Of a stretch of DNA of 64,000 nucleotides, positions 50,912-60,992 are shown piece after piece. The position numbers were made by a program, and so were the translations under genes. This DNA is from an uncultured Peptococcaceae bacterium. Lineage in GTDB: Bacteria > Bacillota > Dehalobacteriia > UBA4068 > UBA4997. Where the stretch lies: positions 6,102-70,101 of the forward strand of contig CAZMTO010000002.1 in NCBI GenBank assembly GCA_964569265.1. Reading direction: 5' to 3'. The notes under the pieces were generated by a model that made no database searches, had not been told where the DNA came from, and saw only the letters and a list, made by a program, of their open reading frames with translations. Every line of letters begins with the position of its first letter. Position 1 is the first letter of the stretch.

Positions 50912-52608
50912 TCAAATGTAAAAATATGAGCTTTGCGTATCCGGGCTGCGATACCCCGGCGCTCAGTGATATAAATTTTAGTATAAACAGATCGGAATTT
51001 GTGGTGCTGTGCGGTAAATCCGGTTGCGGTAAAAGCACATTGCTGCGCCACTTTAAAAAGAATTTAATGCCTTATGGCAATTTAGACGGTAATATTTTGT
51101 ATTGCGGGCAGGAAATTGAAGACCTTGATGACCGCGTAAGTGCGGCGGAAATCGGTTTTGTGCGCCAAAACCCCGATAACCAGATTGTTACCGATAAGGT
51201 TTGGCACGAGCTGGCCTTTGGGTTAGAAAGTTTGGGCCTTAATAACCGCGCTATGAAGCAGCGTGTGGCAGAAATGGCCAGCTTTTTTGGCATACAAACG
51301 TGGTTCCGCAAAAATGTTCAGGAGCTTTCCGGCGGGCAAAAGCAAAAGCTTAATTTGGCGTCTATTATGGTAATGCGGCCTAAACTGCTGATATTGGACG
51401 AGCCTACCAGTCAGCTTGACCCTATTGCGGCGGCAGATTTTATTGCCACCCTTAAAAAGCTGAACAACGAGCTGGGTACCACCATACTGATATCGGAGCA
51501 TAGGCTGGAGGATTTGTTCCCGTTGGCCGACAGGGTGCTGGTTATGGATAAGGGCCGCCTGGTGCTTAACGATACCCCGCGCCGCACGGCGGCAGCTATG
51601 GCCCGCGGCACCTGCGGCGATATGTTTGGCGGTTTGCCGGCGGTGGTAAAAATTGCCAGCCGTGTGGGCGTTACCGGTGACGATTGCCCGCTTACGGTAC
51701 GCGAGGGCAGACTTTGGCTGGAGGACAGATTGGGTACGCCGGCTATGGGCGAAGCTAAGCCCGAACCGAAATTCAGTGTGCTGCACCCCAATGAACAGGC
51801 TGCCAAACCGGCAGGGGAGCCGGTGGTAAAGGTAGACGAGCTGTGGTTCAGGTATAGCCGCACCGGTGCCGATACCCTGCGCGGTGTAAATATGGAGGTT
51901 TATCCCGGTGAGCTTTATGCGGTGTTGGGCGGCAACGGCGTAGGCAAAACTACCACGCTAAAGGCGCTTACCAAGCAGATAAAGCCTTACCGCGGTAAAA
52001 TAGAAATCAACGGCAAAAAGTTAGACAGCCTTTCCGACAAGGAGCTGTTTCATCACGGGTTGGCTATGCTGCCGCAAAACCCGCAGGCATTGTTTACCGA
52101 AATAACCGTGCGTGAAGAACTGCTGGAGGCGCTTTCGGACGAAAAGCTGCCGGAAGCCGTGCAGATGGAGCAGATAACGGCTATGGCCAAGGCTATGGAG
52201 CTGGATATGATGCTGGAAACTCACCCGTATGATCTTTCCGGCGGTGAGCAGCAGCGTTTGGCTTTGGGCAAAATATTGCTGCGCAGCCCGCGTATAATTT
52301 TGCTGGATGAGCCTACCAAGGGGTTAGACCCTTATTTTAAGCAGATTTTGGCGGATATTTTTGACGGACTTAAAGCTAAGGGCATAACCATTATTATGGT
52401 AACCCACGATATTGAGTTCAGCGCGGAACACGCCGACCGCTGTGCCCTGTTTTTTGACGGTGAAATTGTGGCGGTGGGCACGCCTACCGAATTTTTTGCC
52501 GGCAACAACTTTTATACCACGGCGGCCAACCGCTTGGCCGGGCAATGGTTCCCCACAGCTGTTACCTGGGAGGAGGTGGCCGACCAATGCGCCGCGGCTA
52601 TGATATAA
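50902..52608 (+). CDS. ECF transporter duplicated ATPase (EcfA1-EcfA2 fusion).
   Basis: Two Walker A motifs (GKSGCGKST, GGNGVGKTT) and two signatures (LSGGQKQ, LSGGEQQ). ATG 50902 is preferred over GTG 50893. Confidence 0.9.
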   Translation: MEIIKCKNMSFAYPGCDTPALSDINFSINRSEFVVLCGKSGCGKSTLLRHFKKNLMPYGNLDGNILYCGQEIEDLDDRVSAAEIGFVRQNPDNQIVTDKVWHELAFGLESLGLNNRAMKQRVAEMASFFGIQTWFRKNVQELSGGQKQKLNLASIMVMRPKLLILDEPTSQLDPIAAADFIATLKKLNNELGTTILISEHRLEDLFPLADRVLVMDKGRLVLNDTPRRTAAAMARGTCGDMFGGLPAVVKIASRVGVTGDDCPLTVREGRLWLEDRLGTPAMGEAKPEPKFSVLHPNEQAAKPAGEPVVKVDELWFRYSRTGADTLRGVNMEVYPGELYAVLGGNGVGKTTTLKALTKQIKPYRGKIEINGKKLDSLSDKELFHHGLAMLPQNPQALFTEITVREELLEALSDEKLPEAVQMEQITAMAKAMELDMMLETHPYDLSGGEQQRLALGKILLRSPRIILLDEPTKGLDPYFKQILADIFDGLKAKGITIIMVTHDIEFSAEHADRCALFFDGEIVAVGTPTEFFAGNNFYTTAANRLAGQWFPTAVTWEEVADQCAAAMI

Positions 52609-53525
52609 GTCAGCTTAGGGCTGCCCAGAGAAAACGCACGGCGGTGGCGGCACTGCTGATATTTATTGCCATACCGGCGGCTATTGCGCTGGGTGTAACG
52701 CTGTTTAATGACCGCAGCTATATGCTGATAAGCTGGATGATACTGGCGTGTACTATTGCCCCGTTTTTTATGGTGTTTGAACGCCGCAAACCCAAAGCGC
52801 GGGAAATTGTGCTGATTGCAATGATGTGTGCCATAACGGTGGCGGCGCAGTTGCTGTGCCAGGTGACCGTTGGGCTTACGGTGGGCAGCGGTATGATAAT
52901 TGCCTGCGGCATAGCGCTGGGGCCGGAGGCCGGCTTTTTGATAGGTGCGCTGGGGCGTTTTGTGCTTAACTTTTATGCCGGGCAGGGCCCGTGGACACCG
53001 TGGCAGATGTTCTGCTGGGGTTTGCTGGGCTTTTTAGCCGGTTTGGCGTTTAACCGGGTGGGCATTGAAAAACGAAACTCGCGCAACTTTAAGGTTATAT
53101 TAGGCCCGCTTATGTGCCTGCTGTTTGCGTGGATAGTGGCGTATATAGCGTTTTTGCTGTTTCCCGGTGAGGATACCAACTTTTTTGGCTGGCGTTTGTA
53201 TCTGTTTGGGGCGGCCGGCCTGCTGCTTGGTGTTGTGGTGCAGAGAAAGCGCCTGCCGGTGGACGATGTGACGCTGACGCTGTTTACTTTTTTTGCCATA
53301 TTTATTGTGTATGGCGGCATAATGAACGTTTGTGCGATGATAACCGCTGCCGGTATACCGGGTGCCAACGAGGTTAGCTGGGATACTATGAAGATACTTT
53401 ATATATCCGGTGTGCCATACGATGCAGCTCATGCCGGGTCGGCGGCCATATTTAACTTTGTAATGGGTGAAAAGCTGATAAACAAGCTGGAGCGTATAAA
53501 GCTTAAGTACGGCATTTACAGGTAG
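52587..53525 (+). CDS. Putative ECF substrate-capture (S) component, unusually large (~312 aa).
   Basis: SD GGGAGGAGG lies 7 nt before ATG 52587. Overlaps the ATPase gene by 22 nt. ~8 TM segments. Confidence 0.6.
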   Translation: MRRGYDISQLRAAQRKRTAVAALLIFIAIPAAIALGVTLFNDRSYMLISWMILACTIAPFFMVFERRKPKAREIVLIAMMCAITVAAQLLCQVTVGLTVGSGMIIACGIALGPEAGFLIGALGRFVLNFYAGQGPWTPWQMFCWGLLGFLAGLAFNRVGIEKRNSRNFKVILGPLMCLLFAWIVAYIAFLLFPGEDTNFFGWRLYLFGAAGLLLGVVVQRKRLPVDDVTLTLFTFFAIFIVYGGIMNVCAMITAAGIPGANEVSWDTMKILYISGVPYDAAHAGSAAIFNFVMGEKLINKLERIKLKYGIYR

Positions 53526-53548
53526 CCGGTAAATAAATCACAAAAAAA

Positions 53549-53587
53549 ACAGAGAGCGTACCGCTTGAGGCGGCGCTCTCTGTTTTG
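53549..53587. terminator. Bidirectional terminator.
   Basis: ACAGAGAGCG / CGCTCTCTGT stem flanked by A8 upstream and T4 downstream. Confidence 0.75.
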
Positions 53588-53599
53588 CTGTTTGGCGGT

Positions 53600-54511
53600 T
53601 TAGTTGGTATCGGTTTGGGCAGTGGCTTGTTTGTCGGGCTTATATTCCGACAAAACCAGACCGACAAGGGTTAAAACCATGCCCACTGCGGCCAGCGGCG
53701 TAACTTGTTCGTGCAAAATTATAATAGACGTAATTACCGTGATAACCGGCATCATATAGATATAAGCGCTGGTTTTTATGGCACCAAGCTCCTTTACGGC
53801 CAAATTCCAGGTGACAAAGCACAGCGCTGAGGCCCCCAGCCCCAGATACAAAATGTTGAACAGACATACAGGGTCGGCAAAGCGGGCTAAATCAAGCTTA
53901 AAATCAAAGATGAACAGCGTGGGCAGCATAAACAGAATACCGTAAAAAAAGGTACGCCGGGTAGACACAATGACCGAATAGCCAAAGCTGCTGATTTTTT
54001 TGGTAAGTATGGCGTAGCAGGCCCACACCGCCGCCGCCGATACCGCCAGCAGATCTCCCAGAGGGTTTAGGGCAAGCTCCTGGCCGTTAAAGCTGATGAG
54101 AAAAATGCCCAGCATGGCAACAATAAAACCGGCAAAAAACCGGGGGCGCAGCTTTTCCTCCTGCTTGATAAAAAGGTGTGCCAGTATGGCTGTAAAAAAC
54201 GGTGACACCGATATGATAACACCGACGTTAGAAGCCAAAGTGTAGGTAAGGGCAATGTTTTCCAGCAGGTAATACAGGCAAATGCCGCAAAGCCCGGCTA
54301 ATATAAAGGTAAGTTCCTGCTTTTTGTCGGCGGTTTTAAGGCGTTTGGGGCAAAGGGCAGTTAAAACCGCAAAGCCCATAACAAAGCGGAAAAACAGAAT
54401 TTCAACCGGCTGAAAATCGGTCAGCAGTATTTTTGTGGAAATAAAGGTGGTTCCCCAAATTATAATGGTAAGCAGGGCCGCCAGGTGACCGATGGTTTTT
54501 TTATTACCCAT
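53600..54511 (-). CDS. EamA/DMT-family transporter.
   Basis: Ten TM segments in a two-EamA-repeat layout. Confidence 0.8.
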   Translation of the reverse strand: MGNKKTIGHLAALLTIIIWGTTFISTKILLTDFQPVEILFFRFVMGFAVLTALCPKRLKTADKKQELTFILAGLCGICLYYLLENIALTYTLASNVGVIISVSPFFTAILAHLFIKQEEKLRPRFFAGFIVAMLGIFLISFNGQELALNPLGDLLAVSAAAVWACYAILTKKISSFGYSVIVSTRRTFFYGILFMLPTLFIFDFKLDLARFADPVCLFNILYLGLGASALCFVTWNLAVKELGAIKTSAYIYMMPVITVITSIIILHEQVTPLAAVGMVLTLVGLVLSEYKPDKQATAQTDTN

Positions 54512-54555
54512 ATAAAGCACCGTCCGTTAGCATAAATTTTTTGATACACACAGCC

Positions 54556-55596
54556 CTAAAGCTCGGCAAGGGCAGCCGCCAGCACTTGCAGCAGGCGGTC
54601 GTTTTCAGCCGGCAGCTTTACGGCAATGCGGTAGTAGCCGGGGCACAGACCGTGATAATTGCTGCAATCGCGGATAAGCACGTTACGGCGGCGGCAGGCT
54701 TCGGTTAAACCGGGCTTAGCGCGGAAGAAGATATAGTTGGCCGACGAACCGTAGGTTTGGCAGCCCAAACTGTTTAAACCGTCGGTAAGGCGGCGGCGCT
54801 GCTGTGCAACCAGTTGGCGTGCCCGCTCCACATAGGCGTGTTCACCAAGGGCAGCTACACCGGCAGCCTGCGCCGGGGTAGACACGCTCCACGGTTGGGC
54901 AGCTTCGGCCATGGCGGCCAAAAGTGCGGTGTCGGTGCAAAGGCCATAGCCAAGCCGCAAACCGGCCATAGCATAGGTTTTGGTAAATGCCTTTAGTATA
55001 AAAATATGGCTGTTGGCGGCCAGCAGGGGTTTTGCCGTGTGCCGGTTGCCATCATCCAAAAAATCGTTAAAACATTCGTCAATAACCAGCCGTATGTTAA
55101 GCCGGGCAGTGGCGGCAACAATATTTTGCAGCAGCGTTTGGTTAACGGTAAGGCCGGTGGGGTTGTTGGGGTTGCAGATAAACACAATATCCGGCCGGGT
55201 TTGCAGGGCAGCAATATAGCTTTGGTCAAGCTGCCAGCCGTTTTCTTCCCGCAGAAAAAAATGGTCTATGTGACAGTTTACGCTCAGCAGAGCCTGTTCG
55301 TATTCGGAAAAACCCGGAGCGATAAGCAGGGCGCGTCCGGGGTGGGTGGCCATTGCCAGACGAAAGATAAGGTCGGCAGCCCCGTTGCCGCAGATGATAT
55401 GTTCGGCACTAAGGTGTTCGTGGTGAGCCAGCGCCTGTGTAAGCTCTCGGCACAAAGGGTCGGGGTAGGCAGCCGAAGCCGCGCAGCCGGCCTGTGCTGC
55501 CGCCAGAACACTGTTTGGCAGGCCCAGCGGGTTAAGGTTGGCTGAAAAATCCAGCATACCCTTGTAGGTGTAAATATCGCCGCCGTGCTTATACAT
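54556..55596 (-). CDS. cobD: L-threonine-O-3-phosphate decarboxylase (CobD, class I/II aminotransferase fold).
   Basis: N-terminal HGGDIY..LDFSANLNPLGLP signature. SD AAGGAGG. Candidate promoter TTGCAT, 17-nt spacer, TATCAT on the minus strand (55629-55657). Confidence 0.75.
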   Translation of the reverse strand: MYKHGGDIYTYKGMLDFSANLNPLGLPNSVLAAAQAGCAASAAYPDPLCRELTQALAHHEHLSAEHIICGNGAADLIFRLAMATHPGRALLIAPGFSEYEQALLSVNCHIDHFFLREENGWQLDQSYIAALQTRPDIVFICNPNNPTGLTVNQTLLQNIVAATARLNIRLVIDECFNDFLDDGNRHTAKPLLAANSHIFILKAFTKTYAMAGLRLGYGLCTDTALLAAMAEAAQPWSVSTPAQAAGVAALGEHAYVERARQLVAQQRRRLTDGLNSLGCQTYGSSANYIFFRAKPGLTEACRRRNVLIRDCSNYHGLCPGYYRIAVKLPAENDRLLQVLAAALAEL

Positions 55597-55748
55597 AGGG
55601 GCACCTCCTTAAAACATACGTAACTTATATGATATATGATTTTGCGGCAAAATGCAATATTTATGATATTATTTGCTCCCGGCCAAAAAATTTACGGCAG
55701 CAGCAGACAAAAGTTGTGCAAAAGTTGGTTAAAACTTAGGCAAAAGGC

Positions 55749-55777
55749 TTGATTAAAGGGGTTGGGCGTGCTATAAT
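55749..55777 (+). promoter_or_regulatory. Candidate promoter of secG-hppA.
   Basis: TTGATT, 17-nt spacer, TATAAT. Confidence 0.55.
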
Positions 55778-55853
55778 ATAATGCACTGAAAATGTAACTG
55801 TATGGGTAAAGTAAAAGTTTTTTAAGATATTTAACAGTATATGCGGAGGTGAA

Positions 55854-56078
55854 ATGATGACAACGGTTTTGATGGTTTTGCAGATGCTTTGTGCTTTGGC
55901 GCTGATTGTTTCGGTGCTGATGCAGTCCAGTAAAAGTGCAGGCTTATCCGGCAGCATTGCCGGCGGTGCCGAAACTTTCTTCGGCAAAAAAAAGGGCATG
56001 GATCAGGTTTTTGAAAAGTGCGCTATAGTTTCGGTAGTGCTGTTTTTGGCGCTTACCTTACTGCTGTCGGTTATTTAA
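55854..56078 (+). CDS. secG: Preprotein translocase subunit SecG.
   Basis: 74 aa. LIVSVLMQSSKSAGLSGSIAGG motif. Confidence 0.85.
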   Translation: MMTTVLMVLQMLCALALIVSVLMQSSKSAGLSGSIAGGAETFFGKKKGMDQVFEKCAIVSVVLFLALTLLLSVI

Positions 56079-56134
56079 GCATTATTGCTTTTATTTTTCA
56101 GGTTAGGATATTTTAGGAGGTTTTGAAAGAAGTT

Positions 56135-58177
56135 ATGGATTTTATTTTGAATTATGCCCCGGTTATCGGTGCAGTTGCCGGTGTACTGGCGCTGGCTTTT
56201 GCATTTGTGCTGGCTAATCGCGTTACCGCAGTTCAGCCCGGCAGCGAGCGTATGATAGAGATTATGAACTCTATCCACGAAGGTGCGATGGCGTTTTTGG
56301 GTCGTCAGTATAAAACTCTGGTGATCTTTATTGTTGCAATGGCTGCTGTTATTGTTGGCGCGGGTATGCTTACCGGCGGCACCGAAGGCGGCCTTAACCC
56401 GTTGACTGCCATCCCGTTTGTAGTTGGTGCAGCCTGCTCTATTTTGGCCGGTAACATTGGTATGCGTATTGCTACCAAGGCTAATGCACGTACTGCCAAT
56501 GCCGCACAGGAATCCGGCCTGAACAAGGCTTTGGGCGTTGCTTTTTCCGGCGGTGCCGTAATGGGCATGAGCGTTGTTGGCTTGGGTCTGTTGGGCCTGG
56601 GTGTGGTTATTTTGCTGTTCCCCGGTCAGTCTGATGTTATTAACGGCTTCAGCTTGGGTGCTTCTTCGGTTGCATTGTTTGGCCGTGTTGGCGGCGGTAT
56701 TTACACCAAAGCTGCTGACGTAGGCGCTGACCTTGTTGGTAAGGTCGAGGCCGGCATCCCCGAGGATGACCCGCGTAACCCCGCTGTTATTGCCGATAAC
56801 GTAGGTGATAACGTAGGTGACGTTGCCGGTATGGGCTCTGACCTGTTTGAATCTTATGTTGGTTCGGTAATTGCTGCTATCGCTTTGGGTGCATCTTTGG
56901 CTATCGGCACCAACGGCGAAGGTGTTATCGTTCCTGTTTTGTTGGCTGCCTGGGGTATTATCTCCAGCATTATCGGTACCTTCTTTGTTCGCACCAGCGA
57001 GGGTAAAAACCCCCAGAAGGCACTGGATGCCGGTACTTATGTAGCTACTTTGCTTTCTATCATCGGTACCTATGTAATTTGTAAGTTTGTCCTGCCGGAA
57101 ACCTTCCTGGATGGTCGCTACACCAGCACCGGTGTATTTATCGCCAGCGTTGCCGGTTTGATTGCCGGTACCCTGATCGGTAAGATCACCGAATACTATA
57201 CTTCGGCAGATTACAAGCCGGTTAAGGAAATTGCAGCTTCCTGCGAAACCGGTACTGCTACCAACATCATCTCCGGTATTGCAACCGGTATGACTTCTAC
57301 CGCTCTGCCGATCATCGTAATTTGTATCGGTATTTTTGCCGCTTACTACTTTGCCGGCCTGTACGGCATTGCTATTGCCGCTGTTGGTATGCTTTCTACC
57401 ACTGGTATTGTTGTTGCGGTAGACGCTTACGGCCCGATTTCCGATAACGCCGGCGGTATCGCAGAGATGGCCGGTTTGGATCATTCTGTTCGTGAGATTA
57501 CCGATAACCTGGACGCTGTAGGCAACACCACTGCTGCTATCGGCAAGGGCTTTGCTATCGGCTCCGCAGCATTAACTGCACTGGCTCTGTTCTCGGCTTA
57601 CACTCAGGCTGCCGGTGTTGCCGCTATCGATATTATGAACCCGATGGTTGTAATCGGTCTGTTTATCGGCGGTATGCTGCCTTTCCTGTTCTCTGCTATG
57701 ACTATGAGCGCAGTTGGCCGTTCCGCTTCTCATATGATTACTGAAGTACGTCGTCAGTTCCGCGAGATCCCCGGCCTGATGGAAGGTACTGCTAAGCCCG
57801 ACTATGCACGCTGCGTAGATATTTCTACCACTGCTGCCCTGCGTGAGATGATTATGCCTGCTATTTTGGCAGTAATTGCTCCGCTGTTTGTTGGTTTGGT
57901 ACTTGGCCCGGAAGCCCTGGGTGGCTTGCTGGCAGGTTCTTTGGTAACCGGCTTTTTGCTGGCAGTTATGATGAGTAACGCCGGCGGTGCCTGGGATAAC
58001 GCTAAAAAGTACATCGAAGGCGGCAACTTTGGCGGCAAGGGCTCCGAAGCTCACGCTGCTGCCGTAAACGGCGATACTGTAGGTGACCCCTTTAAGGATA
58101 CCTCCGGCCCGTCCATCAACATTTTGATTAAGCTGATGACCATTATTGCGCTGGTATTTGTACCGTTGTTCCTGTAA
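56135..58177 (+). CDS. hppA: Membrane-bound proton/sodium-translocating pyrophosphatase.
   Basis: [20 protein letters not shown] and [14 protein letters not shown] motifs. The start is ATG 56135 or TTG 56123. Confidence 0.92.
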   Translation: MDFILNYAPVIGAVAGVLALAFAFVLANRVTAVQPGSERMIEIMNSIHEGAMAFLGRQYKTLVIFIVAMAAVIVGAGMLTGGTEGGLNPLTAIPFVVGAACSILAGNIGMRIATKANARTANAAQESGLNKALGVAFSGGAVMGMSVVGLGLLGLGVVILLFPGQSDVINGFSLGASSVALFGRVGGGIYTKAADVGADLVGKVEAGIPEDDPRNPAVIADNVGDNVGDVAGMGSDLFESYVGSVIAAIALGASLAIGTNGEGVIVPVLLAAWGIISSIIGTFFVRTSEGKNPQKALDAGTYVATLLSIIGTYVICKFVLPETFLDGRYTSTGVFIASVAGLIAGTLIGKITEYYTSADYKPVKEIAASCETGTATNIISGIATGMTSTALPIIVICIGIFAAYYFAGLYGIAIAAVGMLSTTGIVVAVDAYGPISDNAGGIAEMAGLDHSVREITDNLDAVGNTTAAIGKGFAIGSAALTALALFSAYTQAAGVAAIDIMNPMVVIGLFIGGMLPFLFSAMTMSAVGRSASHMITEVRRQFREIPGLMEGTAKPDYARCVDISTTAALREMIMPAILAVIAPLFVGLVLGPEALGGLLAGSLVTGFLLAVMMSNAGGAWDNAKKYIEGGNFGGKGSEAHAAAVNGDTVGDPFKDTSGPSINILIKLMTIIALVFVPLFL

Positions 58178-58200
58178 GGCAAAACATATAACAAATAATA

Positions 58201-58235
58201 ATAAGGGTGCAGGGCAACTTGCATCCTTATTTTTG
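58201..58235 (+). terminator. hppA terminator.
   Basis: ATAAGGGTGCA / TGCATCCTTAT stem followed by T4. Confidence 0.7.
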
Positions 58236-58283
58236 TGCTTGCCGCTATGTTGGCAGCAAAGGCTTTGCAAAAATTTTAAAATT

Positions 58284-58313
58284 TTGATAAGCTTAACCTG
58301 GTGTTCATATAAT
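58284..58313 (+). promoter_or_regulatory. Candidate promoter of the MBL-htrA-rlmH genes.
   Basis: TTGATA, 18-nt spacer, TATAAT. Confidence 0.5.
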
Positions 58314-58358
58314 ATTCACATTGGTATTTTAATATATATTTCAGAAAGAGCCGGAAAA

Positions 58359-59132
58359 ATGGAGTTTTTTACGATAGCAAGCAGCTCGTCGGGCAACTGT
58401 GCATTTGTTAAAAGCGGTGATACATCGCTGTTGATAGATGCCGGGGTTTCGGCAGGGCGGATAGAGCAGGCACTGCGGGCGGCGGGGCAAGACCCCGTGC
58501 GGCTTAGCGGCATATTGCTTACCCACGAACACAGCGACCATATTGCGGGTGTGGAGCGGCTGGCGATGAAGTACGGCATACCGGTTTATGCTTCGCCCAA
58601 AACCTGGAGCGTGCTGCCCTTTGCCGACACACTGCCGTATTATCTTAAACAAAATTATGCGTATGATATGCGGTTGGGTGATTTTGCGCTGGAGTTTTGC
58701 AAAACAAACCACGATGCGGTGCAGCCGGTGGGTATGGTGCTTAGTGCCGAGGGCAAGCGCCTTGGTTATGTTACCGACACCGGCGAAGTAACGCGCGGTA
58801 TGCTTTATTCTCTGAAGCAGTTAGACGCTTTGGTGATAGAGGCCAACCACGACCGCGAGATGCTGCTAAAGGGGCCATACCCGGCAGTGTTAAAGCGACG
58901 GGTTGGCGGTAGCCTTGGGCATATGGCTAATGTGCAGGCCGCCGAGCTGGTGCGTTATCTGCTGGGCAAGGGGCTGTTTAAGGTGGTGCTGGCGCATTTA
59001 AGCGAAACCAATAACCGCCCGGACATTGCTTACCGGGCAGTGCTGCCGGCTTTTGCCGGCTTTACCGATACCCCGGAAGAATGGCTGAGCGTAGCCCCGG
59101 CGCATAAAACTTCGTTAAAAATAGAGCTGTAG
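58359..59132 (+). CDS. MBL-fold metallo-hydrolase (WalJ/YycJ-like).
   Basis: Start at MEFFTIASSSSGNC. HEHSDH motif. Synteny with htrA-rlmH as at the end of the Bacillus wal operon. Confidence 0.8.
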   Translation: MEFFTIASSSSGNCAFVKSGDTSLLIDAGVSAGRIEQALRAAGQDPVRLSGILLTHEHSDHIAGVERLAMKYGIPVYASPKTWSVLPFADTLPYYLKQNYAYDMRLGDFALEFCKTNHDAVQPVGMVLSAEGKRLGYVTDTGEVTRGMLYSLKQLDALVIEANHDREMLLKGPYPAVLKRRVGGSLGHMANVQAAELVRYLLGKGLFKVVLAHLSETNNRPDIAYRAVLPAFAGFTDTPEEWLSVAPAHKTSLKIEL

Positions 59133-59199
59133 GTAAGGCGCTGTAATGGCTTAAATAAAAAGCCCGGTTTTGGGCAAAATAAAATGTGAGGTGTTTTTT

Positions 59200-60354
59200 A
59201 TGGATAACTATTGGCAGGATGATTCGGACAAACGCAAACGCGGCGGTATGGGCAAGGTGCTGCTGGCCTGTTTTTGCTGTGCCCTGGCCAGTGCGGTTAT
59301 AAGCTGGGCTATGTGTTCGGTATATTTTACGGATAACGATAAAGCGCAGGCTGATACAACTACATCGGTGGGCACGGTGGCGGCTGCTGCTGACGACAGC
59401 ATAAGCACCATAAATGTGGGCAAAAGCGTGTCGCCGGCGGTGGTGTTTATCAGCAATATACAAAATGTACGCAGCTTTATGGGCTATTACGGCTGGAACA
59501 GCGGTCAGTCGACTGAGGCGGTGGCCAGCACTGGCAGCGGCGTTATATATTCGGCAGACGGTTATATTATTACCAACAACCACGTGGTAGAGGGTGCGGA
59601 AAAAATCAGTGTTACCCTGTACAACGGTGATTCTTACATTGCCGAGGTGGTGGGCTGTGATGAGCGCACCGATTTGGCGGTAATAAAAATTGATCCGGAT
59701 GAAAAGCTTACAGTAGCATCTTTTGGTGATTCGGACGAACTGGTGGTGGGTGAAAAGGCTATTGCCATTGGTAACCCCGGCGGTGAAAACTTTGCCAATT
59801 CTCTTACGCAGGGTGTTATCAGCGGCTTAAACCGTTCGGTAACAACGTCAGACGGCACGGTGCTTAATGTTGTGCAGACCGATGCGGCAATTAACCCCGG
59901 CAACAGCGGCGGTGCTTTGTGCAATGCCAAGGGCGAAGTTATTGGTATTAACACGATTAAAATAAGTATGACCGGCTACGAGGGTATGGGTTTTGCCATA
60001 CCCAGCAACGAGGTTTTGGACATTTGCAAAAAGCTGATGGCCGATGGTAAAATTGCCCGCCCGGCTTTAGGTGTGGGTATTTTGGCCGATGTTACACCGC
60101 AGATAGCCTACTACAATAATTTGTCGGTGGATTACGGTGTGTTGGTTGCGCCTTCGGCAGGGGGTGCGGCAGAAAAGGCCGGCTTAAAGAGCTATGATAT
60201 TATTGTGGCCATAGATGATGACGAGGTTAAAACGTATTCGGAATTGCAAAGCGCCATATTTGACCACGAAATTGGTGACGTTGTAAAGGTTACGGTGGTG
60301 CGCAGCGGTGAAAAGCTTGATTTTGAGGTTACGCTGGGCGAGCTGGCTGATTAG
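59200..60354 (+). CDS. HtrA/DegP-type serine protease with TM anchor and PDZ domain.
   Basis: TNNHVV, DLAVIK and GNSGGAL triad motifs. PDZ-like C-terminus. ATG 59200 follows GTGAGGTG. Confidence 0.9.
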   Translation: MDNYWQDDSDKRKRGGMGKVLLACFCCALASAVISWAMCSVYFTDNDKAQADTTTSVGTVAAAADDSISTINVGKSVSPAVVFISNIQNVRSFMGYYGWNSGQSTEAVASTGSGVIYSADGYIITNNHVVEGAEKISVTLYNGDSYIAEVVGCDERTDLAVIKIDPDEKLTVASFGDSDELVVGEKAIAIGNPGGENFANSLTQGVISGLNRSVTTSDGTVLNVVQTDAAINPGNSGGALCNAKGEVIGINTIKISMTGYEGMGFAIPSNEVLDICKKLMADGKIARPALGVGILADVTPQIAYYNNLSVDYGVLVAPSAGGAAEKAGLKSYDIIVAIDDDEVKTYSELQSAIFDHEIGDVVKVTVVRSGEKLDFEVTLGELAD

Positions 60355-60377
60355 TATGCCCAAAGGAGGGACGAGCT

Positions 60378-60857
60378 GTGCAGTGTAAAATTTTGGCGGT
60401 GGGCAGCATAAAAGAACGCTACTTTACCGATGGTATTAATGAATACCTTAAACGCCTGAAGCCGGTCTTTCCTGTCAGCATAAAGGAGGTGCCGGATTTA
60501 CCGGTGCCGCAAAATGCATCGGCGGCGGAAATTGCCCGGATTGTGGCTAAAGAGGGTGAAGCCCTGCTTAACCACATACCGCAGGACGCTTATTTGGTGG
60601 CGCTGGCGATAAACGGCAAAATGCTGTCATCGGAGCAGTTGGCGGCTAAGCTTAACGACTGGGCTTTTTCCGGCAAGCGAGAGCTGATATTTGTTATCGG
60701 CGGCAGTTGCGGTTTGGCGCCGCAGGTGTTGGCCCGTGCCGACTTTAAGCTGTCGTTTGGGGCGGCAACCTACCCGCACCAGCTAATGCGGCTGATATTG
60801 ACCGAGCAGATATACCGCGGGGTAAAAATAAACCGGAACGAGCCGTATCATAAGTAA
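60378..60857 (+). CDS. rlmH: 23S rRNA (pseudouridine1915-N3)-methyltransferase RlmH.
   Basis: 159 aa SPOUT protein with FVIGGSCGL and YPHQLMR motifs. GTG start after AAAGGAGG. Confidence 0.9.
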   Translation: MQCKILAVGSIKERYFTDGINEYLKRLKPVFPVSIKEVPDLPVPQNASAAEIARIVAKEGEALLNHIPQDAYLVALAINGKMLSSEQLAAKLNDWAFSGKRELIFVIGGSCGLAPQVLARADFKLSFGAATYPHQLMRLILTEQIYRGVKINRNEPYHK

Positions 60858-60877
60858 TAAAATATTTGGCAAAAAAA

Positions 60878-60899
60878 GGGCGGGGCATCCCGCCTTTTT
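60878..60899 (+). terminator. rlmH terminator.
   Basis: GGCGGG gcat CCCGCC followed by T5, with an A7 run upstream. Confidence 0.75.
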
Positions 60900-60992
60900 G
60901 CTGTGTAAAAAAGGGTTTTGCCGGGTTTGACCGAATTATACTTATTACCTTTATAATTTACCTTTAAAATTTTTTTATACCGGGGGTGTGTT

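Noticed and set aside
56075-57484. 469-aa minus-strand ORF opposite hppA.
   Set aside because: It is antisense to a highly conserved pyrophosphatase frame, and its translated sequence is low-complexity.
58146-58358. 5' extension of the MBL-hydrolase ORF overlapping the hppA end and terminator.
   Set aside because: The extension runs through the hppA terminator and an AT-rich promoter region. MEFFTIASSSSGNC at 58359 is the typical family N-terminus.
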